Part shown: positions 1 through 8,695 of the stretch, one piece after another | Layout: each line of letters begins with the position of its first letter | How positions within the stretch are numbered: position 1 is the first letter of the stretch | Assembly (NCBI GenBank): GCA_038231135.1 | Contig: JBBRLX010000026.1 | Coordinates: forward strand, 1 to 64,000 | From: Candidatus Eiseniibacteriota bacterium | GTDB taxonomy: Bacteria; Eisenbacteria; RBG-16-71-46 | Reading direction: 5' to 3' | DNA length: 64,000 nucleotides | Made by a program: the position numbers and the translations under genes | Notes under the pieces: model-generated | What the model saw: only the letters and a program-made list of their open reading frames with translations | The model's database searches: none | What the model was told of the DNA's origin: nothing

Positions 1-140
1 AGCTCACCAAAATCCGTCCACCCGCCAAGGACCACCCCTGGCGCAAGCCGTATGACCGCAGCCTCCTGCCCGCAATGGCAGAAGCGGGGGATGACAGAAT
101 CACTGCGGAGTAGGGGTGACAGAATCACTGCGGTGCTACA
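1..140 (+). mobile_element. Right end of an IS1202/ISNCY-family insertion sequence (transposase C-terminus plus terminal repeats)
   Basis: Frame from position 3 reads LTKIRPPAKDHPWRKPYDRS...ITAE*(111-113). PAxDHPWR is the typical C-terminal motif of ISNCY/IS1202 transposases. Two direct copies of TGACAGAATCACTGCGG (92-108, 117-133) are followed by a terminal ...CTACA (140), matching TGT...ACA ends with internal repeats. Confidence 0.75.
3..113 (+). CDS. ISNCY/IS1202-family transposase, C-terminal fragment (5' part outside window)
   Basis: PAKDHPWRK motif; stop TAG at 111-113 lies between the two terminal repeats. Confidence 0.7.
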   Translation, partial: LTKIRPPAKDHPWRKPYDRSLLPAMAEAGDDRITAE

Positions 141-182
141 GAGGCGGGAGCAGGCGTGTGGAAGCAAGCGCTTTTGGCGGCG

Positions 183-773
183 TCAGTTGAAGTTGAAGCC
201 AACCGACACCAGCAGGAGATCCGTGGTCTTCAGCGTCGAATCGTAGGGGTCGGTATTGGCGAAGATTCGATGCCACCGAGCCTCGAACAGCGGGCTCGGT
301 CGTCCCGACCCTGAAACACCGATCCCCGCGCTCAGACCGGGCGCGTATTCAACCGATGACGTGGGTCTGTGATCGGAATATCGATATCGATGAACCGTCG
401 CGTATTCCCCCGCGCCGGCCACGAGGTAGGGCCATCCGTAGCTCGTGAGCAAATGCAATCGAACGAGTGCGGCTGTGGCGAATACTCGCTGATGCTCGTC
501 GTCAGGCTGATTGTTAGAGAAATCTGGAGCGTAGGAGAATCCCTGGACCCCGAGTTCTTCCCACCAGCTACCTTGGAGCCCCAACTCCACCAACTTGCTC
601 GCCGAGTGAAAGATGTCGGCCTGAATGCCGGCGCGAGGGTTGGGTTTCGAGTACCGGACAAAGAGGACTCCGCGGCCGCCGCTCACCGACAGCGACCACG
701 GCGAAGCGGTGGCGGTCGAAGTGAGCGGCGCCGTGATCGCAAGCATGAGCAGCAATGTCATGGCTCGGATCAT
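183..773 (-). CDS. Outer-membrane beta-barrel protein (small OmpA/OmpW-like barrel)
   Basis: Signal peptide (MIRAMTLLLMLAITAPLTSTATA), amphipathic beta strands, WPYLVAGAG strand, C-terminal SVGFNFN. Confidence 0.7.
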   Translation of the reverse strand: MIRAMTLLLMLAITAPLTSTATASPWSLSVSGGRGVLFVRYSKPNPRAGIQADIFHSASKLVELGLQGSWWEELGVQGFSYAPDFSNNQPDDEHQRVFATAALVRLHLLTSYGWPYLVAGAGEYATVHRYRYSDHRPTSSVEYAPGLSAGIGVSGSGRPSPLFEARWHRIFANTDPYDSTLKTTDLLLVSVGFNFN

Positions 774-1130
774 TCAATCGCTCCCACAGAGGGCCCTCAG
801 CCCAAACTCTGGAAGTTGCACTCAGTGTTACTCCAGAGGTCGATCGTGGTTCCTAGTTTGCAATCGAATGTTCCAAGATTCGAGTGAAGCTTCTGGGCTC
901 AGACGCCTGCCGTAACCCGTCCCGCCACCGCGGACCCATTCGTCGAAACTGCCGCCACCCCCGTGTACACCGGCTCGCACCACGCCCGGTACTTCCGCCC
1001 GCGTGGGCGCCGCCGTCACGGTCGAGATAGGAGCCGAACGGCACAGTGGACATGCCCACCACCGGCGTGAGGCCATGCAGGGGCACGCCGATGCGCTGGT
1101 CGCCGTAGAGCGCGAGCGTGCCCGGCACCG

Positions 1131-2405
1131 TCAATTCACCCGAGGGCCGGTATACGGTGCGTGCGCGATCGCGGCCTGCGGAGCCCCCAAGGCCGACGAC
1201 GCGGCCGAACTCAGATCCATCGGTCGCTGATCCCTGGCATTGTCCCCGATCACGTCCGCGCTCGTTCGCAGTGCCTTCGTACGAACCGCGTAGCGAACGC
1301 CGTCCGAGTCGAACACGATCTGGGGCCGATCGTGCGCATCGATGACCATGAAGCCCGCGCGTGCGGTGGGCGCCACAACTTCGAACAGCCACTTCTGGCC
1401 GTTGTGCACGGCGTACTTGATACCCGTCGAGCGGTACATGAGGTGCGTCCGATGCGTGTGATCCACGGCCATGTTCAGGGGTTGGCCGCCCGTCGGGTCG
1501 ACGCTCTGGAATTTCCAGCCCGATGCGTCCTGACTGCCGACGCTCAGTCCGGTCTCGAGCGGAAGGCAGACGAGCGGCTGATCGCGACGGTCCACGGCTA
1601 CGGCCATGGATCCACCGCCTTCGGCCAACGGCGCCGAGAACTTCCAAACGCCTCGATCGAGCACGGCGTACTTGAGATCACTGTCGTCATTGACTCCCAG
1701 GTGCAGCCTGCCGTCGGAACCCGCCGTGACGCTGACAGGGTTCGGAAAGTAGACAGGCAGCGCCTGAGGCGGGGTCCACCCCGACGCCGACTTCGTGATG
1801 TATTGCAGTTGATCGTTGTCGGCGTAGAACAGGTGGGGCTGGCCATTGCCGTCGATCGCGGCCGTCACGAGCCCGTACCAGCGGTCCGCCACGGCTACGC
1901 GTTCCGTCGTCCAACCCTGCGTGGTCCGGGTCGCGTACCACAGTTCCCCCGTCTTGTTGCCGTAGAAGATGTGCGGGCCATCGGCCCGATCCAGCACGAG
2001 GTATTCGCCCGACCGGGGCTCGATCGCAGTCGCAACGACCTCGCTGATCCAGCGATCCGTACCGCGGGTGGCGTAGCGCAGCGTGCCCGAGCCGACGTGG
2101 AAGTAGGCGACGCGTGGGGCACCGTCCGACCCGAGTTGCAGCGCCGGCATGGTCCCGCCGAGGTCGATCATTTCGGTGCGCCATTGTGCCGGTTGACCGG
2201 CGCCACCCGTGGTCGTGTCCCCTGGCTGCGAGTCGATTGTAAGAATCGCTCCGCCTGTAGTCGGAACCGGCGGGCCGGCAGCCTTGGAAGTTCGGGGCGC
2301 GAGCAGGCCGCCAACCGCCAGAAGTAGCGGCAAAGTCATGCGTTGGAACCTGGCGCTCCTCATGGATGCCTCCGAGACACATCGCAGCGGGGGTCGCGTT
2401 TTCAT
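1131..2405 (-). CDS. Secreted beta-propeller repeat protein (BNR-4-like blades)
   Basis: Signal-like N-terminus; repeated blades of the form LxxDxxGxPHxxY....LxYA......W; start codon uncertain. Confidence 0.7.
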   Translation of the reverse strand: MKTRPPLRCVSEASMRSARFQRMTLPLLLAVGGLLAPRTSKAAGPPVPTTGGAILTIDSQPGDTTTGGAGQPAQWRTEMIDLGGTMPALQLGSDGAPRVAYFHVGSGTLRYATRGTDRWISEVVATAIEPRSGEYLVLDRADGPHIFYGNKTGELWYATRTTQGWTTERVAVADRWYGLVTAAIDGNGQPHLFYADNDQLQYITKSASGWTPPQALPVYFPNPVSVTAGSDGRLHLGVNDDSDLKYAVLDRGVWKFSAPLAEGGGSMAVAVDRRDQPLVCLPLETGLSVGSQDASGWKFQSVDPTGGQPLNMAVDHTHRTHLMYRSTGIKYAVHNGQKWLFEVVAPTARAGFMVIDAHDRPQIVFDSDGVRYAVRTKALRTSADVIGDNARDQRPMDLSSAASSALGAPQAAIAHAPYTGPRVN

Positions 2406-2542
2406 GTGGAGACCGCCCCGTCAGGGGTCCGATCGGCACGATCCATACCAGCATCACGGTCGGGGTCGCGGTTCGGCGCCGAAGGCCTGGTTGCCGCCGG
2501 CGCTGGGAGCCGGCGCCGGCCGTGGACAGGACGGTGGCGGGG

Positions 2543-5065
2543 TCAGTGTGTGATGACCATCCGCAGCATCGCCGACTGTTTCCCGCATTCGAGCCGGCAG
2601 AAATACACGCCTGGCGCGAAGCCACCCGTGTCGAAACTCTGCGTGTGTGGCCCCCGGGGGAGCACCGCATCGAGGACGGTCGCGGCACGTCTACCGCGGA
2701 TGTCGAAGACCTCCAGGCGAGCTTCACCCGCACCGGGAAGAGTGAACTGCAGCGCCGCGCGGCTCGAGACCGGGTTCCGCGCGAGGTCCATGCGCAGGCC
2801 GTCTTGGCGGGGACCCGGTTCCGACACCGAGACCGGGTCGCTCCCGGTGATCTGGCGTTTCCATACGGAGCGGCCATAGGTTCCGGCGACGACGTAGAAC
2901 GGCCCGGAGGACGGAGTCAGGTCGATATAGGCCATTTCGGTCACCATCACCGCGGGTGTTAGGCCGTTGTTCCACCGCTCCCAGTGGGTGCCGCCGTTCG
3001 TCGAGCGAAAGCAGCCCAGCATGGTCCCCAGGAACAGCTGGCTGGTGTCGTACGGATCGGGAATCAGGTCGCCCAGCGGCACGTTCGGAAGATCGCCGGT
3101 GATGTTGGACCACGTGAGGCCGCGATTGGTCGTGTGATAGAGCTTCTGCCCCGGGGGCGAAACGCCGTTCATGAGCGCCCACGCCTCGTTGGCGTAGTTA
3201 CCCGACCAGGGATGCGGCACCACCTTCCGCACCGTCGTCCCCGCCGGCAGCCCCGCCGACCGCTCGTACCACGCGCCGCCGTCGCGCACGTAGAGCCGCT
3301 GGCCCGGCGCCGAGCTGGCGACGCAGGCATACACCACGGCAGTGGGACTGACGCGTGTCGTCGACGTCAGCTCGGTCACCCGGTATGGAAACGCCGTCGC
3401 GTTCGACTTGGTCCAAGTCAGGCCCAGGTCCGTCGAGTCGTACACGTAGGGACCGGCGGATGTCACGAGCCACGGGTTGAACGCGTTGTCCGTACGAATC
3501 TCGCCCGGTTCCGTGTTGGGGTCGATGCCCGTGTCGTCTTCGTTCCAGGTCGCGCCGCCGTCGACGGTGCGCATGCGATGGTACGTGTAGCTCCCGCCAT
3601 ATTCTCCGTCCAGGGCCCACATGCGGGCCGTGTTGTACGGATCGATACAGGCGCCGGCGCCATCCGCGGCGGCGCGATTGGTCCAGAACAGCGCTTCATC
3701 GGGCGTGTAGGAAATCCCATTGTCCTGGGATCCGCCGATCATGTAGCCCGTTTCGTTCCGCTCGCACGCGATGTTGTAGAACTGGGTCACGGGCATCACG
3801 TTGGCCGACGTGTCCCAGGTGAGGCCGCGGTCCGTCGAATGGGACCAGCCCCCGTCGTGACCCGCCCACACGCCCATGCCATCGGCGTCCCAGGAGAAGA
3901 CGTGGTAGTCGGCGTGAAGTTGCGATGTCACGAGCGGCGTCCACGTGGTGCCGCCGTCGGTGGTTCGCTGGACTCCTACGTCGCCGACGAGCACGGTGTT
4001 CGGCGCGCTCGGGCACACGGTGATCACGGGCCCATAACCAGTGGTGCCGATCGCGGGTGACGGCGTGATGTTCGTCCAGTTGATGCCGCCATCTATGGAG
4101 CGCCACACGCCCGCGCCCGAGAACGCGACGTAGATTTCGACCGCGCCCAGCCGGCTCGGCAGGATGGTGGCCACCGAGCCCTTGCCGGTTCCGGTGAAGG
4201 GGATTCCGCCGGTCGTGAACTGGGTCCAGGTCAGTCCCCCATCGGTCGTTCGCCACAATCCGGTGTTGGCCTGGGTGGCGTAGAGCAGGTTTTCGTAGGT
4301 GTTCACGGTGCACAGGTCGGTGAAGACTCCCACGGCGGTCCTCGCCCAGGTCTCGCCCCGGTCCGTGGAACGGTAATAGCCCGTGGACGTGGCGGCGTGA
4401 AGCGTCAGGCCTCCCGTGGACCAGCGGACGCGCATGACCGTCCCGGGCTCGGGCGTGGTGATCTTGTGCGCCCAGGTCGCGCCGCCATCGATGGTCTTGT
4501 AGATCCCGGTGCCCGCGCCCTGGGTGTACTCGCCGGTGCCGAGAACGATGGTGTTGTCGTTGGTCGGATCGGTCGCAAAGCTCCCGAACCAGGTGCTGGG
4601 CACGCTCTCGGACATCGGGATCGGACCGAAGTTGAACCGCCACAGCCCGCCGGATGCCGCGAGCACCCGTGTCGTGCGCGCTTCGATGTCGCGCACCCGG
4701 CCGGTCATGTATCCGCTGCCGGCGTTCACCTGATAGAGCGGGCCGACGAGTTCCCACGCGTTGAGGGTGGTGGTGGTCGCGCCACCGGAGGGCGCGGGGG
4801 CGGAGACGGGGGGCTCCGAGGGCAGGGCCAGCACCTCGTTCCACATGGCATGGAGGGCCGCGGGATCGAGGGCGCCGCCGGTCCAGGTGTCGAAGTACTG
4901 CTGCTGGCGTTCCATCTCGGCCGCCTCGTTCCCGTCCGTATCCATCGGCGTGCGCACGACGGGGACGGGCGACACCGCCCGGAACGGGTACGCCCGCGCG
5001 GCGGGGCCGTGAACCAGGGCAGCCAGACACCCGACGGCGGCGAGAATCGCGGCGTTGGACCTCAT
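2543..5065 (-). CDS. Secreted VPS10/sortilin-like BNR (Asp-box) repeat protein with C-terminal FlgD-Ig/T9SS-like domain
   Basis: Signal peptide; many (S/T)xDGGxTW Asp-boxes; H-A-D-Y-H, GGSQDNG and GTYGRSVW motifs; C-terminal NP...LEVFDIRGR...PGVYFCRL. Confidence 0.85.
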   Translation of the reverse strand: MRSNAAILAAVGCLAALVHGPAARAYPFRAVSPVPVVRTPMDTDGNEAAEMERQQQYFDTWTGGALDPAALHAMWNEVLALPSEPPVSAPAPSGGATTTTLNAWELVGPLYQVNAGSGYMTGRVRDIEARTTRVLAASGGLWRFNFGPIPMSESVPSTWFGSFATDPTNDNTIVLGTGEYTQGAGTGIYKTIDGGATWAHKITTPEPGTVMRVRWSTGGLTLHAATSTGYYRSTDRGETWARTAVGVFTDLCTVNTYENLLYATQANTGLWRTTDGGLTWTQFTTGGIPFTGTGKGSVATILPSRLGAVEIYVAFSGAGVWRSIDGGINWTNITPSPAIGTTGYGPVITVCPSAPNTVLVGDVGVQRTTDGGTTWTPLVTSQLHADYHVFSWDADGMGVWAGHDGGWSHSTDRGLTWDTSANVMPVTQFYNIACERNETGYMIGGSQDNGISYTPDEALFWTNRAAADGAGACIDPYNTARMWALDGEYGGSYTYHRMRTVDGGATWNEDDTGIDPNTEPGEIRTDNAFNPWLVTSAGPYVYDSTDLGLTWTKSNATAFPYRVTELTSTTRVSPTAVVYACVASSAPGQRLYVRDGGAWYERSAGLPAGTTVRKVVPHPWSGNYANEAWALMNGVSPPGQKLYHTTNRGLTWSNITGDLPNVPLGDLIPDPYDTSQLFLGTMLGCFRSTNGGTHWERWNNGLTPAVMVTEMAYIDLTPSSGPFYVVAGTYGRSVWKRQITGSDPVSVSEPGPRQDGLRMDLARNPVSSRAALQFTLPGAGEARLEVFDIRGRRAATVLDAVLPRGPHTQSFDTGGFAPGVYFCRLECGKQSAMLRMVITH

Positions 5066-5211
5066 CCGCTAACAATACAACGTGTCCGCACGAGGTCGAC
5101 CCCGAAATGCGCGCTCCGGACCGGTCGGAGTCGCGCCCGGAGCCCCGAAAGCGTTAGTCTCCGCCGGTCTCGGAACCCCTCCAGCTCACGGCAGCCATCC
5201 AGGAGCCACAG

Positions 5212-6381
5212 ATGACCCTCCGTAGCGTTTCTCTCGCCACCCTCACGTTCGCGGCGGTCGCGCTGACCGCGCACTCCGCTCTTGCCGACGACTCCGGCTA
5301 CTTCCTCACACGGCTCGGCCAGGACACGACCGCCGTGGAGCACTACACGCGCACCGCGTCGCGCAACGAGGTCGACCAGGTCGGCCGTGCGCCGCGCGTG
5401 CTACGGCGTCACTACGTCTACGACTATTCCAACGGCACGATTTCCAAGTTCACGATGGTCGTCACGCCGCCTGGCAGCACGACTCCCACGCAGAATATCG
5501 ACGCCGCGTTCGGGCCGGATTCCATGCGCATGCAGATCAAGACCGGCAGTGCGGCTCCGCAGAACGTCGTGCTCGCGTGGCCGGCGGGAACGGTGGTGAT
5601 CGCGGGCTCGAGCCCGTGGTCGGTCTACGAAGGCCAGATCATGAAGCTGACTCAGGGCAAGAGCGACAGTCTGCACACGGGGCTGTACTTCCTCGGCGCC
5701 GATGCCTTGAACGTGCTCAGCCTGCACAAGCTGGGCAAGGACTCGGTGCTGGTCTGGAACGACCACATGGATGTCTACCATGCCCGCATCGACAAGTCGG
5801 GCCATGTACTCGGCGTGCTGCCGATTTCGGGAACGCAGAAGTTCAGCGTGGAGCGTCTGGACAAGATCGACGTCGATGCCATGGCCGCCGCGTTCGCGGA
5901 TCGCGAGAAGGCGGGCACCGGAATCGGCATGCTGTCGCCGCGTGACACGGTGAACGTCACGAACGCCGGCGGCGCGACGCTGATGATCGATTACGGCCGG
6001 CCCGCGAAGCGCGGGCGCGCGATCTTCGGCGGGATCGTTCCCTACGGCGATGTCTGGCGCACCGGCGCCAACGCGGCGACCCAGTTCAAGACCGACAAGG
6101 CGCTCGACTTCGGCGGCACCGTCGTGCCGCCGGGCTTCTACACGCTGTGGAGCTTGGTGACGCCGACCGGCTGGAAACTGATCGTCAACGGCGAAACCGG
6201 CCAGTGGGGCACCGCGCACAAAGCCGACAAGGACCTGTATACGATCGACATGAAGGTGGGCACGCTGCCGCAACCTGCGGAGCGATTCACGATCAGCGTA
6301 GACCCCGGGGCCACGGGGGGCACGCTGAACCTAGACTGGGACACGACGCGCGCATCGGCAGCGTTCACCGTCAAGCCCTAG
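5212..6381 (+). CDS. DUF2911 domain-containing secreted protein
   Basis: RBS AGGAG, signal peptide, C-terminal IDYGRPAKRGRAIFGGIVPYGDVWRTGANAAT...QWG motif. Confidence 0.85.
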   Translation: MTLRSVSLATLTFAAVALTAHSALADDSGYFLTRLGQDTTAVEHYTRTASRNEVDQVGRAPRVLRRHYVYDYSNGTISKFTMVVTPPGSTTPTQNIDAAFGPDSMRMQIKTGSAAPQNVVLAWPAGTVVIAGSSPWSVYEGQIMKLTQGKSDSLHTGLYFLGADALNVLSLHKLGKDSVLVWNDHMDVYHARIDKSGHVLGVLPISGTQKFSVERLDKIDVDAMAAAFADREKAGTGIGMLSPRDTVNVTNAGGATLMIDYGRPAKRGRAIFGGIVPYGDVWRTGANAATQFKTDKALDFGGTVVPPGFYTLWSLVTPTGWKLIVNGETGQWGTAHKADKDLYTIDMKVGTLPQPAERFTISVDPGATGGTLNLDWDTTRASAAFTVKP

Positions 6382-6399
6382 GCATCGGTTGAGCCAGCG

Positions 6400-6432
6400 A
6401 CGAGGGACGGCGACGAGTTCGCCGTCCCTCGT
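6400..6432. terminator. Perfect 14-bp stem-loop downstream of the DUF2911 gene (terminator or REP-like)
   Basis: ACGAGGGACGGCGA-cgagt-TCGCCGTCCCTCGT; no long U tract. Confidence 0.5.
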
Positions 6433-6453
6433 TCGCGAACGAGAGGGGCGCCT

Positions 6454-6651
6454 GTGGCGGGCAAGTCTGGCAAGGCGATGACTCTGGCGGGAATGTTCTT
6501 CCTGGGTGCCGGCAGCGTGTTTCTGATCGCCGGTTTCCTCACGCGGCGCCGGATCTGGCTGCCGATCGGGCTCGTTTGGCTGGTGCTCGGGATCCTCACG
6601 ATGGTGAAAGCGCGGAGGACACCTGGGGGTGAGGCTAGTCCTCGTCGCTGA
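6454..6651 (+). CDS. Small two-TM membrane protein
   Basis: Purine-rich RBS (GAGAGGGG) before GTG; two hydrophobic segments; overlaps the mrr 3' end. Confidence 0.45.
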   Translation: MAGKSGKAMTLAGMFFLGAGSVFLIAGFLTRRRIWLPIGLVWLVLGILTMVKARRTPGGEASPRR

Positions 6652-7293
6652 AATAGTTCTGATCGAGCGACAGAACCTCCACACTGGGATCGACGCGGAC
6701 TCCGATGCGGTGTTCCATCATGAGGTCGACAAGCCCGGGGCCATCGATCAGTACAGCCTTGATCTGTGAACCACGGGTTACGAATTCCTTGGCGTTGGCG
6801 TTGAAATGGCTCGTCGTGATGAAGACGCCCTTCGTAACGCCCTGCCCCGACATCGAACCGATGAAGGCTTGGATCGTCTTCCGATCGACCACGTTGTCCG
6901 GGCTGTTGCGCTTGGCCTGGACGAGCACTTGGTCGAGGCCAAGAGGGTCTTGATTGACCGCCAGGCCTCTTCCCAGCCGTCGATGGTCTGCAAGTCATGC
7001 ACCGTGATTCGGTCGGGGTGTCGCGATCGGAACTCTGCGGCCTTCGCTGAGGCCCGGTAGGTTCTGGGTGCCACTTTTGCGATCAAGCCGCCTTTTGTCA
7101 GGAACGACATCGCCCAACCTGTTCGGTTCTGAATCAGGGTTGATCCACCGCTGGGAATGCGGGCAGCGCGCTCTTCATCGGTGAGGTGGAAGTGGCGCTC
7201 CATTGCCTCCGTTGCACTCCGCCGCGTGATGGTTCCTGTCGATGCGATCGCCAGAAGTGGATCGAAGAGCTGATCAAAGGTCGGGATCGGCAT
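6635..7293 (-). pseudogene. mrr: Mrr restriction endonuclease, internally deleted and frameshifted
   Basis: The N-terminal Mrr_N winged helix (MPIPTFDQLFDPLL...NRTGWAMSFLTKGGLI) ends at ...IDGWEEAW. It joins out of frame near 6960 to the catalytic tail VNQDPLGLDQVLVQAKR...GVFITTSHF...LIDG. The linker and the GDGGID motif are absent. Confidence 0.85.
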
Positions 7294-7394
7294 GTGCCTC
7301 CAATGTTCGCCGACGGTCGAATGATGGGTCGACTGGCAGAACATAGCCGCTGGCTTCCAAAGGACGTAACTTTCCAAGGAGCAGCTTCCCTCGT

Positions 7395-7432
7395 CGCTTA
7401 TTAAGCGATACGATGCGAACGCTTAATAAGCG
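7395..7432. promoter_or_regulatory. Inverted-repeat operator between divergent mrr and fic
   Basis: CGCTTATTAAGCG-N12-CGCTTAATAAGCG, a perfect 13-bp inverted repeat; each box is itself near-palindromic and AT-rich. Confidence 0.6.
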
Positions 7433-7470
7433 CGTTCCATCTTCAGGAACGCTGAATTAAGGGGGAGCAC

Positions 7471-8637
7471 GTGGAGCGGGGCCTTACAGGGCAATACCTT
7501 ACGACAACTGCCCATGGCGAGACCGTGCGAGCTTTCCTGCCCAAACCGCTGCCGCCCATTCCACCGCTCGAAACGGGTGGAGAGCTGAATGCCCGGCTCG
7601 ATCGAGCCCACATCGCTCTCGGAAGGCTGGATGGCGTGTCCGGTGCTCTCCCCGACAAGCACCTGTTTCCGTACGCCTACGTCCGCAAGGAAGCGGTGCT
7701 GTCTTCGCAAATCGAGGGCACGCAATCGTCCTTGTCCGATCTGTTGCTGTTCGAGCTGGACGAGACGCCCGGGGTTCCGTTCGACGACGTCGTCGAAGTG
7801 TCGAACTACGTTGCGGCTCTGGAACATGGTCTCGCGCGGGTTCGGGAAGGTTTTCCGCTCTCGAACCGGCTGATTCGCGAACTCCATCGAATCCTGCTCT
7901 CGCGGGGACGCGGTGAACACCAGATGCCGGGCGAGTTCCGTCGCTCGCAGAACTGGATCGGGGGCAGTCGTCCGGGTAATGCCCGCTTCGTTCCGCCGCC
8001 GCACGACCACGTCGAGGAATGCCTGGCGCAACTAGAACAATTCCTGCACGACGAGGGGGGGCGCACGCCCACGCTCGTCAAGGCCGCGCTCGCGCACGTC
8101 CAATTCGAGACCATCCATCCATTCCTCGACGGCAACGGGCGCGTGGGACGATTGCTCATCACGATGCTGATGTGCACGGAGGGGCTGCTGCGTGAACCCC
8201 TGCTCTACCTCAGTCTCTACCTCAAGCAGAACCGTGATCGATATTACGAGCTGCTCGAGCGGGTGCGTGTCGAGGGGGACTGGGAGGAGTGGGTGAGGTT
8301 CTTCGCCACCGGTGTCGAAGAAACCGCCAATTCCGCGGTGACGACGGCCCACCGGCTGCTCGAAGTATCGCGGGAGGATCGACTCCGGGTTCAGGGCGTG
8401 GGCCGAATCGCGGGCTCCGCATTGCAGATTCATCATGCGCTGTTGTCCAGGCCAATCAACACCATCGCCCGGCTGTCGGGCGAAACGAAACTATCAGTGC
8501 CCGCGGTCACGGATTCGCTCAAGGCGCTGACCCAGCTGGGGCTGGTGCGGGAGATCACGGGCCGCAAGCGCGGGCGCGTGTATGCCTACAGCTCGTACCT
8601 CGATGTACTTCAGCAGGGAATGGAGCCGCTGCCGTGA
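7471..8637 (+). CDS. Fic family protein (Fic_N + Fic + C-terminal HTH)
   Basis: Fic motif HPFLDGNGRVGR; inhibitory-type SSQIEG motif; C-terminal winged helix ending EITGRKRGRVYAY; RBS GGGGAG before GTG. Confidence 0.92.
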   Translation: MERGLTGQYLTTTAHGETVRAFLPKPLPPIPPLETGGELNARLDRAHIALGRLDGVSGALPDKHLFPYAYVRKEAVLSSQIEGTQSSLSDLLLFELDETPGVPFDDVVEVSNYVAALEHGLARVREGFPLSNRLIRELHRILLSRGRGEHQMPGEFRRSQNWIGGSRPGNARFVPPPHDHVEECLAQLEQFLHDEGGRTPTLVKAALAHVQFETIHPFLDGNGRVGRLLITMLMCTEGLLREPLLYLSLYLKQNRDRYYELLERVRVEGDWEEWVRFFATGVEETANSAVTTAHRLLEVSREDRLRVQGVGRIAGSALQIHHALLSRPINTIARLSGETKLSVPAVTDSLKALTQLGLVREITGRKRGRVYAYSSYLDVLQQGMEPLP

Positions 8638-8695
8638 CGGGTCAGCCCCCACGGCCCCGTTTGGAGCCGCCCCGCCGCTGCCCTACCTTCAAGGG

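Noticed and set aside
92..133. 17-bp direct repeats as a mini-CRISPR
   Set aside because: Only two copies with an 8-bp gap and no cas genes; better explained as IS subterminal repeats
141..182. XerCD (dif-like) target site next to the IS1202-family end
   Set aside because: The flank is GC-rich and lacks a XerD-type TTATGTTAAAT arm
828..1130. Frameshifted C-terminal extension of the 424-aa propeller gene
   Set aside because: Alternative frames are open but show no convincing domain motif
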